Shown: one piece after another, positions 28,092-38,176 of the stretch | Layout of the letters: the number at the start of each line of letters is the position of its first letter | Numbering within the stretch: position 1 is the stretch's first letter | From: Polyangiales bacterium | GTDB lineage: Bacteria; Myxococcota_A; Polyangia; Polyangiales; Polyangiaceae | Length of the DNA: 64,000 nt | NCBI GenBank assembly: GCA_038231275.1 | Contig: JBBRLQ010000011.1 | Coordinates: 96,001-160,000, forward strand | Direction: 5' to 3' | Translations under genes and position numbers: made by a program | Notes under the pieces: generated by a model | Told to the model about the DNA's origin: nothing | What the model saw: only the letters and a program-made list of their open reading frames with translations | Databases searched by the model: none

Positions 28092-29027
28092 ATGGCCGAT
28101 CTGAAGGTCCGCGTCATTTTGAACCCGACCGCCGCGTCGGGGCGCGCCCTCGGCAAGGTCGCGGACATCGAGGCCGCGCTTCGGCGCTACGATCTCGCCT
28201 CGGAGATCGTGCTGACGCGCGCGCGCGGACACGCCGCCGAGCTCGCACGCGCGGCCGCCGCCGATGGGATCGACGTCGTCGCGATCGCGGGCGGCGACGG
28301 GACGATCAACGAGGTGATGCAAGCGTACGTCTCGCCCGACGGCGACGTCGTGTCAGGGCCCGATCTCGCGCTCGTCCCGTGCGGCACCGGCGGCGACTTC
28401 CGCCGGACCTTCGGCATGAGCGGCGCGCTCGACGAGGCCATCGCGCGAATTCGCCACGGCGCGCGCCGCCCCGTCGACCTCGGCATCCTGCGCTTCGTTT
28501 CCCACGCCGGCGGCGACGCGGTCCGCGCGTTCGTGAACATCGCGAGCTTCGGTTTGCCCGGTCAGGTCGTCGCCGTCGTGAACGAGACGCCGAAGTGGCT
28601 CGGTGGCCGCGCCTCGTTCCTCGCCGGGACGCTCCGCGCGATGGCCGGCTACAAGAACGCGAGCGTGCGCATCAAGGTCGACGGCGCGGCGTGGCACGAG
28701 GGCCCCGTCGCCACCGTCGCGATCGCCAACGGCCGCTACTTCGGCGGCGGCATGATGATCGCCCCCCACGCCGATCCGTCCGACGGACGCCTCGAGCTGG
28801 TGATGCTCGGCGATCTCTCGCGACGCGAGCTGCTCGGCCTCACCGGCAAGGTCTACCGCGGCGCGCACCTCGCGGCGGACGGCGTGCGCGTGACGAGCGG
28901 CGCCACAATAGAGGCAGAGGCGGTCCACCCTTGGGCCAGCGTCCTCGTCGACGTGGACGGCGAGCAGCCCGGAAAGCTCCCCCTCCGCGCGACGCTCGCG
29001 AAGGGCGCTCTCCTGTTTCGCGTCTAG
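28092..29027 (+). CDS. Diacylglycerol/lipid kinase family (YegS/DgkB-like)
   Basis: ILNPTA, GGDGTINEV, GTGGDF, NGRYFGGG, DGE. Confidence 0.92.
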   Translation: MADLKVRVILNPTAASGRALGKVADIEAALRRYDLASEIVLTRARGHAAELARAAAADGIDVVAIAGGDGTINEVMQAYVSPDGDVVSGPDLALVPCGTGGDFRRTFGMSGALDEAIARIRHGARRPVDLGILRFVSHAGGDAVRAFVNIASFGLPGQVVAVVNETPKWLGGRASFLAGTLRAMAGYKNASVRIKVDGAAWHEGPVATVAIANGRYFGGGMMIAPHADPSDGRLELVMLGDLSRRELLGLTGKVYRGAHLAADGVRVTSGATIEAEAVHPWASVLVDVDGEQPGKLPLRATLAKGALLFRV

Positions 29028-29077
29028 AGCAACGACTTCTGCTCTGATCCGGCACGAATTTTGGGAAATTACGGCCT

Positions 29078-29107
29078 TTGACAAACCGCGCACGGGTGCG
29101 AGATGAT
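29078..29107 (+). promoter_or_regulatory. Putative sigma70 promoter, leaderless configuration
   Basis: TTGACA (29078-29083), 18 nt, GATGAT (29102-29107), 6 nt before ATG 29114. Confidence 0.45.
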
Positions 29108-29113
29108 TTCCCC

Positions 29114-29377
29114 ATGCCGCTCATCGAGACCGAAGAGGCCGCCCGTCGCCTAGCACGCGCCATCGCGAGTGATCTTTCCCTCTACAACGAAGAGAAGATC
29201 GTCAACGGGGTGACCCACGACAACCTCTTCGAGACGCTCTCCGAGGAGATCGAGGAGGGCCGCGCGCTCTTCAAGCGGCGCGTGTCGCCGGAGCTCTATC
29301 CGAAGAACTATTACGACCGGGCGCTCGTCGACATCCTCGTCAAGGCCAAAGGACACATCAAGAGCAAGCTCTGGTAG
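29114..29377 (+). CDS. Small conserved hypothetical protein
   Basis: ARRLARAIASDLSLYNEEK...EGR..F..RV, a motif I recognise from deltaproteobacterial proteins; strong codon bias. Confidence 0.8.
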   Translation: MPLIETEEAARRLARAIASDLSLYNEEKIVNGVTHDNLFETLSEEIEEGRALFKRRVSPELYPKNYYDRALVDILVKAKGHIKSKLW

Positions 29378-29388
29378 CGCCGCCGCGG

Positions 29389-30351
29389 GTGGTGCTCGTC
29401 GTCCTTCGCGACGCGGCGGGGCAGCGGCTCGATCGCTTTCTGGCCGCGGCGATGACGGGGGCAGAGCTCGCGCCATCGCGAGCGGAGCTGCAGCGTTGGA
29501 TCGAGCTGGGGCGCGTCACGGTGGACGGCGCCGTGAAGCGCGCGTCCGACAAAGTTCGGGCGGGGTCCGAGGTCGTCGTCGTACCGGCGCCTCCACCGAA
29601 GACGGCGGCCGAGGGCGAGACGGGCATCGCCTTCGAGGTGCTCTACCAAGACGACGCGCTCCTCGTCGTCGACAAGCCGGCGGGCCTCGTCGTTCACCCT
29701 GCGAAGGGGCACGCGACGGGGACGCTCGTGAACGGCCTCCTGGGCATGGGCGTCTTCCGGAGCCTCGACGCGCTCGGCGACGATCGCCCGGGGATCGTGC
29801 ATCGCCTGGACAAGGGCACGAGCGGCGTCATGGTCGTGGCGAGGACGAGCGAGGCGCGCGAGGGCTTGAAAGAGCAGTTCGCCGCGCACACGATCGAGCG
29901 CGCATACGAGGCCATTTGCGTGGGCGACGTCGCGGCGCGGACGATCGCGACGCTCCACGGACGGCACCCCACCGATCGCGTGAAGTTCTCGTCGAAGGTG
30001 GCGAACGGCAAGCGCGCCGTCACCCACGTCGCGGTGATCGCGCGGCTCCACGACGGCCTCGCGACCCACGTGCGGTGCACCCTCGAGACCGGACGCACGC
30101 ACCAGATCCGCGTGCACCTCGCGGAGGCGGGGACGCCGGTCCTCGCCGATCCGCTGTACGGCAAGGCGCCGAAGTCGCCGCTCCTCCGCGAGATCGCCGA
30201 GGCGCTCGGTCATCAAGCCCTGCACGCGCGCGTGCTCGGCTTCGTGCACCCGATCAGCGATCGGAAGATGCGCTTCGAGGCTCCGCCGCCGGCGGACTTT
30301 GGGTCGGCGCTTTCTGCTCTCCAGCGAGCAGACCCGGATGCGCCCGCTTGA
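29389..30351 (+). CDS. RluA family pseudouridine synthase, RluD-like
   Basis: S4 domain RLDRFL, KPAGLVVHP, GIVHRLDKGTSG, LETGRTHQIRVH, QALHA. Confidence 0.95.
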   Translation: MVLVVLRDAAGQRLDRFLAAAMTGAELAPSRAELQRWIELGRVTVDGAVKRASDKVRAGSEVVVVPAPPPKTAAEGETGIAFEVLYQDDALLVVDKPAGLVVHPAKGHATGTLVNGLLGMGVFRSLDALGDDRPGIVHRLDKGTSGVMVVARTSEAREGLKEQFAAHTIERAYEAICVGDVAARTIATLHGRHPTDRVKFSSKVANGKRAVTHVAVIARLHDGLATHVRCTLETGRTHQIRVHLAEAGTPVLADPLYGKAPKSPLLREIAEALGHQALHARVLGFVHPISDRKMRFEAPPPADFGSALSALQRADPDAPA

Positions 30352-31270
30352 GGAGCGACAGCGCGACGAAGCCGACCAGCACAGCGAACCATAGCGTCGC
30401 GAAGCGGACCAGGATCATCGCGGCGGTGCTCGCGGTCTCCGGCACCTTGCCGAGGTTCATGAGCTGCTCCTGGAGCGCCCCCTCGGTCACGCCGAGACCG
30501 CCCGGCACCGGCACCAGCGCCCCGGCCAGCGTGCTGGTCGCATAGAAAAACATGCAGAGTGCAACGCTCGTGGACTGTCCGAATCCCTGGAGAATGACCC
30601 ACAGGCTCAAGCACTCCAGCGACCACGCGACGATCGAGAGGAGCGTCGGCAGCACGAGGTTCTGCGGCTTCAGCATCGTCGCCAGGCTGTCGTACGACGC
30701 GTGGAGCTTGGGGCCGATCTTACCGAGCTTGCCCGGCAGCTTCTCGACGAGCCCGATGATCCCCATCGAGAGGCTACGCGAGGCGATGACGACGATGAGC
30801 GACGTCACGAGGAACGCGCCGACGCCCGCCCACAAGAGGCCACCCGAGAAGCCCAGCGACCCGACGACGATGAGGACGATGATGCCGATGAGATCCGTGA
30901 CGCGTTCGGCGATGACGATCGGGGCGGTCTTGGCGATGGGGACCCCGTGCGTCTCCTGGAGGACGAGCGACTTGAAGACCTCGCCGACCTTGCCGGGCGT
31001 CACGGTGAGGACGAAGCCGGAGAGGAACGTGAGGAAGCTGTCCCACTTGGGGATGCCGCGGATGGAGAGGCGGGCGAGGTAGAACTCCCACTTGAGGAAG
31101 CGGAGCACGTAGTTCCCGAACGCGAGCGCGCAGGCGGCGGCGAACGACCACCACTGGAACGTGCGGAGGACGCCCTCCATCTTGTCGACGCCGCGGTACA
31201 CGGCGAAGGCGCCGTAGACGGCGACGCCGAGGAGCATGACGACGAGGACGCGGCGGAGGTTCTGCTTCAC
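30254..31270 (-). CDS. Lysylphosphatidylglycerol synthase TM-domain (flippase-like) protein
   Basis: RFLKW, TPGKVGE, ERVTD, PGGLGVTEG, VRFATLW; GTG 31270. Confidence 0.88.
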   Translation of the reverse strand: MKQNLRRVLVVMLLGVAVYGAFAVYRGVDKMEGVLRTFQWWSFAAACALAFGNYVLRFLKWEFYLARLSIRGIPKWDSFLTFLSGFVLTVTPGKVGEVFKSLVLQETHGVPIAKTAPIVIAERVTDLIGIIVLIVVGSLGFSGGLLWAGVGAFLVTSLIVVIASRSLSMGIIGLVEKLPGKLGKIGPKLHASYDSLATMLKPQNLVLPTLLSIVAWSLECLSLWVILQGFGQSTSVALCMFFYATSTLAGALVPVPGGLGVTEGALQEQLMNLGKVPETASTAAMILVRFATLWFAVLVGFVALSLLKRAHPGLLAGEQKAPTQSPPAAEPRSASSDR

Positions 31271-31470
31271 GCGCGCTTCCTTCGGCGGAGGAGCCCTGCG
31301 CGGCGCGCAGCGTAGGCCGCGGCGAGGACCACGATCGCGGCGATCGCGACGAAGAACGCCCACCGCGGCGCCTCCCACACTCCGCGCGCGAGGCCGGGCT
31401 CGGGGCGGCGAACCGGCGCTTCGGTCGTCGCCGTGGTCGACGCGGCGTCGGCGGGCGCGGCGAAGGTCAT
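31267..31470 (-). CDS. Small single-TM membrane protein
   Basis: One hydrophobic helix plus basic tail; GTGA overlap with the flippase-like gene. Confidence 0.6.
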   Translation of the reverse strand: MTFAAPADAASTTATTEAPVRRPEPGLARGVWEAPRWAFFVAIAAIVVLAAAYAARRAGLLRRRKRA

Positions 31471-31698
31471 GGGCTGGCCTCGATCACGCGCCGACGTCTA
31501 GCACATCCGCACGCCAAAGCAGCAGGGCGGCAAAGCGATCATTCGCGGCGTTCGCTTTGACACGGCCGCGGTCGACGTGAAAACCTTCGAGGCCTGAGCA
31601 CCCCCACAATCCCCCAGCAGGACCAGGGCCGCGACCGCGTCGGCGAGCCCAAGAACGACGTCGAGCTCCTCGAGCTCGCCCACGGCGCCAGCAAGAAA

Positions 31699-32664
31699 TT
31701 GCACGACGCCATCGGTGCGCGCGTCATCGGCCAGGAGCAGGTCATCGAGCTAATGCTCGTGGCGCTCCTGTCGCGCGGGCACGCGCTCCTCGTCGGCGTG
31801 CCGGGCCTCGCCAAGACGCTGCTCGTCGCCTCGCTCGCCGAAGCGCTGGACCTGTCCTTCGGTCGCGTGCAGTTTACGCCCGATCTCCTGCCCGCCGACA
31901 TCACCGGCACCGACGTGCTCCAAGAGGAGGACGACGGGCAGGGCGGGGTTCGGCGCCGCGTGCGGTTCCTCGCCGGCCCGATCTTCCACAGCCTGGTCCT
32001 CGCCGACGAGATCAACCGCACGCCGCCGAAGACGCAGGCGGCGCTGCTCCAGGCGATGCAAGAGCGGCGCGTCACCGTCGGCACCACGACGCACGCGCTA
32101 CCCGATCCCTTTCAAGTCTTCGCGACGCGCAACCCGATCGAGCAAGAAGGCACGTATCCGCTGCCCGAGGCGCAGCTGGATCGGTTCCTCCTCGAGATCC
32201 ACATCGACTATCCGAGCGAAGAAGAGGAGCGCGAGATCGCGCGCAAGACGACGAGCGCCGATCTCGGCACGGTGCCGCGCGTGCTCTCGGCGGGCGACGT
32301 GCGCGCGCTGCAGAGCCTGGTTCCGCGCGTGCCGGTCACCGAGCAAGCGGTGGCCCTCGCGGTGGCGCTGGGACGCGCCACGCGACCGGAGCGTCCAGGA
32401 GAGCCGACGAACGGCGGCTCGCGCGTGCCCAAGGAGGTGCGCGAGTTCGTGCGCTTCGGCGCGGGCCCGCGCGGCTCGCAAGCGCTCGTGCTTGCGGCGA
32501 AGGCGCGCGCGGCGCTGACCGGCCAGGCGGCCGCCGACGTCGACGACATACGCGCGATGGTCACGCCGGTCCTCCGCCACCGCCTCGTCTTGAGCTACCG
32601 CGCCGAGGCCGAGGGCGTCCGCGACGTCGACGTCCTCGCCAAAGTGCTGGCCGCCTGCACGTGA
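31699..32664 (+). CDS. MoxR family AAA+ ATPase (true start probably further upstream, near 31594)
   Basis: [51 protein letters not shown]. Confidence 0.93.
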   Translation: MHDAIGARVIGQEQVIELMLVALLSRGHALLVGVPGLAKTLLVASLAEALDLSFGRVQFTPDLLPADITGTDVLQEEDDGQGGVRRRVRFLAGPIFHSLVLADEINRTPPKTQAALLQAMQERRVTVGTTTHALPDPFQVFATRNPIEQEGTYPLPEAQLDRFLLEIHIDYPSEEEEREIARKTTSADLGTVPRVLSAGDVRALQSLVPRVPVTEQAVALAVALGRATRPERPGEPTNGGSRVPKEVREFVRFGAGPRGSQALVLAAKARAALTGQAAADVDDIRAMVTPVLRHRLVLSYRAEAEGVRDVDVLAKVLAACT

Positions 32665-32718
32665 TGCACTTGATTTCACTGGCCGTGGGGACCGCGCGGG
32701 GCGACAATTCCTAGCACG

Positions 32719-34203
32719 ATGGGCGAAAAGGGTTCCGCGGCCGAGAGAGCGGAGAAGGCGCTCACGCCTACGCCGAGCATCGCCGAAAAGGAGCGCCCGT
32801 CGAGCCCCAAGGGCGCGAGCGGCAAAGGCCCTCCCTCCATTCCGCCGCCGGCGCTCGACGATCTCGTGCAGACTGGCGAGCGTCCGTCCTTGCCCCCGCT
32901 CCCCGCGGCCGGCCCGTGGCGAAGCTACAAGGAGATCGTGAGCGGCCTCGCCGCGCGAATCGTCGAAGGTCAAAAGCCCCTGCGCGTGCTCCAGGCCATC
33001 CGGTGGGACAACGCGGTCGAGGAGCAGTTCGTCAAGTCACGCTACCGCGAGCCGCCGAAGGTGGACGCCGCCTGGTACGCGGGTGTCGATCTCGGCTTCG
33101 ATCCGCGCGCGAAGACCGAGGAGTTCGAGGGGATCGCCCGCGACATCGACGCGCTCCTCGGCGAGGAGGACGCGGTCGGCGCGATCATGACCGAGACCGC
33201 GCTCCAGTACCGCGACGTCGTGCGCATGCTCGCCGCGCGCGGAACGCCTCATTTTTACGCCTATTCGCGCAAGCTGTACGGGTCCCCGAAGGACAAGTTC
33301 CCCGACGGGAAGCACACCGTGCGCGATCTCGGGCACGTCCTCTACGAGATCTTCACGAAGATCGACGACAAGGCGCTCGGCGTGCCGGCGCCCCGCGACA
33401 TCTCGGCGGAGGACGCGGCGAAGGAGCTGAGTGGCCGCTTCGCGTCGTACTTCGGCGACAACGCCGTGCGCGTGACCGCCGACGACTCGATCATCAGCGA
33501 TGCCGCAGCCGGCAGCGACTACGTTAAGGTCCGCACGGGCGCGCGCTTCTCGACGCGCGACATCGACATCCTCGAGGCGCACGAGGGTTGGGTGCACGTC
33601 GCGACGTCGATCAACGGGCAGCAGCAGGCGGTCGCCAAGTGGCTCGCGAAGGGGCCCCCGCGGACGACTGCGGTGCAAGAGGGCCTCGCCGCGCTGCTCG
33701 AGATCTTCACCTTCCGCACCTATCCGCGCCGCGCACGCAGGCTGAACGATCGCGTCATGGCGGTCGACAAGGCGGAGGACGGCGCGAGCTTCCTCCAAGT
33801 CTTCGACTGGTTCCGGACCGAGGGCTACGACGAAGAGGAGTGCTTCCACAACACTCGCCGCATCTTCCGCGGGGGCGTCATGGACGGCGGCGCGCCGTTC
33901 ACGAAGGACGCGTGCTACTGCAAGGGAATCGTCCTCAACTACGCCTTCATCCGGAGCGCGATCGAGCACAATCACCCCGAGCTGATCCCGTTTCTCTTCG
34001 TCGGAAAGGTCGCGCACGAGGACGTTCCGGTGCTCGCGCGCCGGGTGGCCGACGGCGTCGTGAGGCCGCCAAAATACCTGCCCCCGGTGTTCCGGGACCT
34101 CAACGGCCTGGCCATCTGGATGGCCTATTCGACCTTCTTCACCCGCCTCGGGGGAGAGGCCATCAGCGATTATTACGCCAAGCTCTTCGCGCGAACGGGC
34201 TAG
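32719..34203 (+). CDS. QEGLA-motif protein (DUF1704 family, putative metallopeptidase)
   Basis: HEGWVH, VQEGLA, RIFRGG, FTKDACY..G. Confidence 0.9.
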   Translation: MGEKGSAAERAEKALTPTPSIAEKERPSSPKGASGKGPPSIPPPALDDLVQTGERPSLPPLPAAGPWRSYKEIVSGLAARIVEGQKPLRVLQAIRWDNAVEEQFVKSRYREPPKVDAAWYAGVDLGFDPRAKTEEFEGIARDIDALLGEEDAVGAIMTETALQYRDVVRMLAARGTPHFYAYSRKLYGSPKDKFPDGKHTVRDLGHVLYEIFTKIDDKALGVPAPRDISAEDAAKELSGRFASYFGDNAVRVTADDSIISDAAAGSDYVKVRTGARFSTRDIDILEAHEGWVHVATSINGQQQAVAKWLAKGPPRTTAVQEGLAALLEIFTFRTYPRRARRLNDRVMAVDKAEDGASFLQVFDWFRTEGYDEEECFHNTRRIFRGGVMDGGAPFTKDACYCKGIVLNYAFIRSAIEHNHPELIPFLFVGKVAHEDVPVLARRVADGVVRPPKYLPPVFRDLNGLAIWMAYSTFFTRLGGEAISDYYAKLFARTG

Positions 34204-34243
34204 CACGGTAGTCTCCTCCCGAACCCCACCCAGACACGCCCAA

Positions 34244-36373
34244 ATGATCACCATCCTACGAGGCCCGCGCGCGGCCCTCGCTCGATACGGCGTACCGAGC
34301 GATCTGACCATGCGCTGGGACGTCCCGCCGGACGCGCCTGCCTGGGCGGGCATGCGCGCCGTCACCGGACAGCTGCGCGCCGCGCTTGGCGATCAGACCG
34401 TGCAGGAGGCGCTGTCGACGGGCGACGCGGCGGCTCCGGCGGTGACGGTGAGCCTCGCGCTGCGGTCCATCGAGCCGCAGCTATCGGCCGTGCAGAAGCG
34501 CGCGCGCGATCTGGTGTCGGGCGCGACGCTCACGCAGTCGCCTACCGCGCATCCGCGGGGCACGCCGGTCGGGCGCGGGTGGGCGGCGATGTTCGCGCGT
34601 CTCGTCGAAGGGCGACGCGCCCTCATCATTGCCCCCGAGCTCGAACGCATCGACGTGACCACGCTGCGCGCGGCGCGAGCGTTGGTCCGAGGATCGTCCG
34701 GCGCCCTCTCGCTCCTCATCGGCCACGACACGCTGATCGCGCCGGCGGGTCCGTTCGAGTCGTGGCTCCGCAAGCTGAAGCTCCGTGAGGTGGCGCTGCT
34801 CGAGGCCCTGCCGGGCACCCACCTCGAGCGCATCGACTTGCGCAGCGAGCCGCTGATGGCGCGTCGCGGCACCGGCTTCGACGAGCGCGATCCTCGCAAC
34901 GTGGAGACGATGCGCGCGGCGTTCCATGCCTACGCGTTCGACACCGCGCTTCGCCTCGCGCTGGAGCTCTCTCCGAAGCTGGAGGGCGCGGACCTTCGCG
35001 AGGCCCACGCCCTCGCGGCGCTGAGCGCGATGAACCTCGACCCGCACGGCCGGGGCGACGACTTCGGCGTCGGCATGATGGAAGCGGGATTCTTGGGCGC
35101 GCTGGAAGGGGAGACCGATCCCAAGAAGCGCGCGCACTGGAGCTACCAGCTCAGCGTCGTCTTCGCGCGGGCGCGCGGCGAGATCGCGTCCGCGCTCAAG
35201 TACGGCGACCAGGCGGTGAAGGAAGCCGAGGCCGCGAAATCGAGCTACCTCGACGCGTGGGCGCGGCTCGGGCGCGCGCAGGCGAAGGTGATCGCGCAAC
35301 GCCCGGAGGAGGCGAGCGCCGACCTCGAGGCCGCGCTCGTTCGCCTGGACGATCCGGCCGCGCTGCGCGAGACGCCGCAGACGGATCTGGAGACCGCGCG
35401 CGCAGTCGTCGCGAACGAGCGCGCGCGCGTAGCGGCGCTCCTCGGTCGCCGCGACGATCTGCGGCACTACCGTCGCATCGCCGAGGCGCACGCCGTCGCG
35501 GTCAGCCCCGAGGATCGCCCGGGCTACGATTGGCTTGCCCCCGTCGACGACGAGCTGATGCCAACCGCAACGCGCGTCTACCACTCCGCGGAGCTCTCTC
35601 GGGCGCAGGCCGGCTTCGAGCCCGAGGACGAGTGCGCGGCGGCGCGCGCGCTGGCCGGAGCCGAGATGTGTCTCGGGGACGCGCCGGCCGCGAAGGATCA
35701 CCTGCGCGTCGCCACGCGAATCAGCGTCCTCTTGAAGCGGAGCCCCGATGAGATCTTCGCGCTGCAGCTCGCGTCGATCGTCGCCGCCGTGCGCGCCGGC
35801 GCGCATCAGGACGCGGAGCAGGAGCTCAGCATCGTCCGGAGCGATCCCCGCTGCGAGGGCGACGCCGCGCAGGCCGAGGCGCTCGCGATGCTGGCGCTCG
35901 TCGCGGCGAGCCGAAAGGACGTCGCGCTCGTCGTCGAGCGCACGAAGGCGGCGTGCGCGCAGGCGGACCGCAGCCAATCGCCGACGGCGGCGGTGCGCGT
36001 GAAGAAGGCCTCGGCCGACGCGCTCCTTGCAGTCGGCAAACGCACCGAGGCACGCGCGCTCGTCGAAGAGGCGCGAGGTGCGCTGGCGGACACGGCGGCG
36101 GACGACGCGTTCGGGGTGCTCGTCACTTTGCTCGCGGCGGGCGTGGACGACGATGAGGTGGTGGCCGACGCCGTCGCGCACGCGTCCGCGTCGCTCCCGG
36201 AGATGAGCGCGTGGTGGGAGCTCCCGCGCCTCCTTCCGCACGTGAAGCGAACGCTCGCGCGCGCCCCCGGAAAGATCGACGCTGCGGCGCTCACGGCGCT
36301 CATGTCGGCAGCGACCCAGCGGCCTGACTGCGCGGACCTCGTCGCGCAGATCCGCGCGCTCCCGGCCGCCTAA
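34244..36373 (+). CDS. Hypothetical alpha-helical repeat (TPR-like) protein
   Basis: 709 aa ORF with coding-like bias; Ala/Leu-rich helical repeats. Confidence 0.7.
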   Translation: MITILRGPRAALARYGVPSDLTMRWDVPPDAPAWAGMRAVTGQLRAALGDQTVQEALSTGDAAAPAVTVSLALRSIEPQLSAVQKRARDLVSGATLTQSPTAHPRGTPVGRGWAAMFARLVEGRRALIIAPELERIDVTTLRAARALVRGSSGALSLLIGHDTLIAPAGPFESWLRKLKLREVALLEALPGTHLERIDLRSEPLMARRGTGFDERDPRNVETMRAAFHAYAFDTALRLALELSPKLEGADLREAHALAALSAMNLDPHGRGDDFGVGMMEAGFLGALEGETDPKKRAHWSYQLSVVFARARGEIASALKYGDQAVKEAEAAKSSYLDAWARLGRAQAKVIAQRPEEASADLEAALVRLDDPAALRETPQTDLETARAVVANERARVAALLGRRDDLRHYRRIAEAHAVAVSPEDRPGYDWLAPVDDELMPTATRVYHSAELSRAQAGFEPEDECAAARALAGAEMCLGDAPAAKDHLRVATRISVLLKRSPDEIFALQLASIVAAVRAGAHQDAEQELSIVRSDPRCEGDAAQAEALAMLALVAASRKDVALVVERTKAACAQADRSQSPTAAVRVKKASADALLAVGKRTEARALVEEARGALADTAADDAFGVLVTLLAAGVDDDEVVADAVAHASASLPEMSAWWELPRLLPHVKRTLARAPGKIDAAALTALMSAATQRPDCADLVAQIRALPAA

Positions 36374-36467
36374 GACCCTCGCGCCGGGGGAACGGACGAT
36401 CCGCCGACTGTGGTGGTTGGCGTAGGATTTGTTGGGCTAAGTGTCTCAAACTACAAAATACACACAT

Positions 36468-36483
36468 TGGCACACCAAGTGCG
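36468..36483 (+). promoter_or_regulatory. sigma54 (-24/-12) promoter
   Basis: TGGCACACCAAGTGCG (TGGCAC, GG-N10-GC) at the end of an AT-rich intergenic stretch. Confidence 0.6.
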
Positions 36484-36496
36484 TATCGAGCGGACC

Positions 36497-37345
36497 ATGC
36501 TTCGACACGCCCTCCTCTTGCTCGTGCCGTTCGTAGTCGCGGCCTGCAGCGGCGCTGCGAACGTGGACGCGCCGTCCGCCGAGGATGAAGCGGCGACCGC
36601 CGAAGCCGCGGCTCACCCGGGATGGCTCGCGGGCGCAAAGAAGCGACGCGCCGAACAGCTGACCAGCCTCTTCGAGAACAGCACGCTCGCGCCGCAGTAC
36701 GACTACATCGAAGCGCTTGGCGACGGGCGCGGGTACACCGCAGGCCGCGCCGGCTTCACGAGCGCCACCGGCGACATGCTCGACGTCGTGAAACGGTACA
36801 CGCACGTCGCCTCCGGCAACCCGCTCGCGCGCTACCTCCCGCGCCTGGAGGTGCTTGCCAAGAACGAGGACGCCTCGATCGTCGGGCTCGAGGGCCTGCC
36901 TGCCGCGTGGGCCGAGGCGTCGAAGGACGCGCGCTTCCGCACGGTGCAGGATCACGTCGTCGACATCACGTACTTCGTCCCTGCGATGCACCACGCGGAC
37001 GCGATCGGCGCGAAGCTGCCTCTCTCTCGAGCCGTCCTCTACGACACGATCATCCAGCACGGCGACGGCGACGATCCCGACGGGCTCCCCGCGCTGCTCG
37101 AGGCCGCGCGTGCCGACGTGAAGGGGACACCGGCCACCGGCGTCGACGAGAAGGTGTGGCTGACCGCTTTCCTGAAGGTTCGACGCGCCGACCTCGCGCA
37201 CGCCTCGGACCCGAGCACGCGCGACGTGTGGGCGGAGTCGGTCGGGCGCGTCGACGTCCTCTCCGAGATCGCCAAGGCCGGAAACTACGCCCTGACCGGG
37301 CCGCTCCACGTGGCGTCGAAGGACTGGAACGCGACGATCCCCTGA
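36497..37345 (+). CDS. Chitosanase, glycoside hydrolase family 46, lipoprotein
   Basis: Lipobox VAAC; LFENS (catalytic Glu), YIE.LGDGRGYTAG..GF...TGD, YDTIIQHG. Confidence 0.92.
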   Translation: MLRHALLLLVPFVVAACSGAANVDAPSAEDEAATAEAAAHPGWLAGAKKRRAEQLTSLFENSTLAPQYDYIEALGDGRGYTAGRAGFTSATGDMLDVVKRYTHVASGNPLARYLPRLEVLAKNEDASIVGLEGLPAAWAEASKDARFRTVQDHVVDITYFVPAMHHADAIGAKLPLSRAVLYDTIIQHGDGDDPDGLPALLEAARADVKGTPATGVDEKVWLTAFLKVRRADLAHASDPSTRDVWAESVGRVDVLSEIAKAGNYALTGPLHVASKDWNATIP

Positions 37346-37381
37346 GGTGCGCGCGACGCCCCGAAAAAAGGGCCGCGTCGC

Positions 37382-38176
37382 CTACCGGCCGTAAAAGTGG
37401 GGCTTGCGCTTGGCAGTGAAGGCGACGAGCCCTTCCTTCGCGTCCGACGACGCGAAGAGCTCCGCTTGCAGCTCGCGCTCGAGGGCGAGGCCTTGCTCGA
37501 GCGGCATTTCGCCGGCCGCCTGCGTGGCGCGCTTGATCCGGCCGACGGCGGCCGCCGCGCGGTTGGGAGGCGTGAACTCGTGCGCGTACGCCATCACCGT
37601 GCGCATGAAGCCTTCGTGCGTGGTCTCCGGGATGATCCTATTCACGAGGCCGAGCTCGTGGGCGCGCTCGACGTTCACCGTCTGCCCCTCGACCATCATC
37701 TCCATCGCCCGCCCCTTGCCGAGGAGGCGCGTGAGGCGTTGGGTGCCGCCGGTCCCGGGGAGGACGCCGAGGCTCACCTCGGGCAGCCCGAGCTGGTAGG
37801 TGCCCGCGCGCGCGACGCGCAGATCACAGGCGAGCGCGACCTCGAGCCCGCCGCCCACGCAGTGACCGTTGATCGCCGCGATGCAAAGCTTGGGCGTGCT
37901 CTCGAAGCGGAGCAGCGTCTCGTTCGCGTGGAGGCAGAAGTAGTATTTGAACGTGCTGTCGGCCTCCTTCAGCATGTTGATGTTGGCGCCGGCGCAGAAG
38001 TACTTGTCGCCGTGCCCGGTGATGACGAGGACGTGCACGTCGTTGTCGAAGCGCGCGTCGAGGATGCACGCGTCGAGCTCCTTGAACATCTCGTGCGTGT
38101 ACGCGTTCACGGGAGGATCGTTCAGCGTGAGGACGGCGACCCCTTTCTCCGTCGAGTAATTGACGAGCGTACCCAT
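37382..38176 (-). CDS. Enoyl-CoA hydratase/isomerase family protein
   Basis: FCAGANI, GGGLEVALACD, PEVSLGVLPGTGGTQRL; GAGGGG SD before ATG 38176. Confidence 0.92.
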   Translation of the reverse strand: MGTLVNYSTEKGVAVLTLNDPPVNAYTHEMFKELDACILDARFDNDVHVLVITGHGDKYFCAGANINMLKEADSTFKYYFCLHANETLLRFESTPKLCIAAINGHCVGGGLEVALACDLRVARAGTYQLGLPEVSLGVLPGTGGTQRLTRLLGKGRAMEMMVEGQTVNVERAHELGLVNRIIPETTHEGFMRTVMAYAHEFTPPNRAAAAVGRIKRATQAAGEMPLEQGLALERELQAELFASSDAKEGLVAFTAKRKPHFYGR

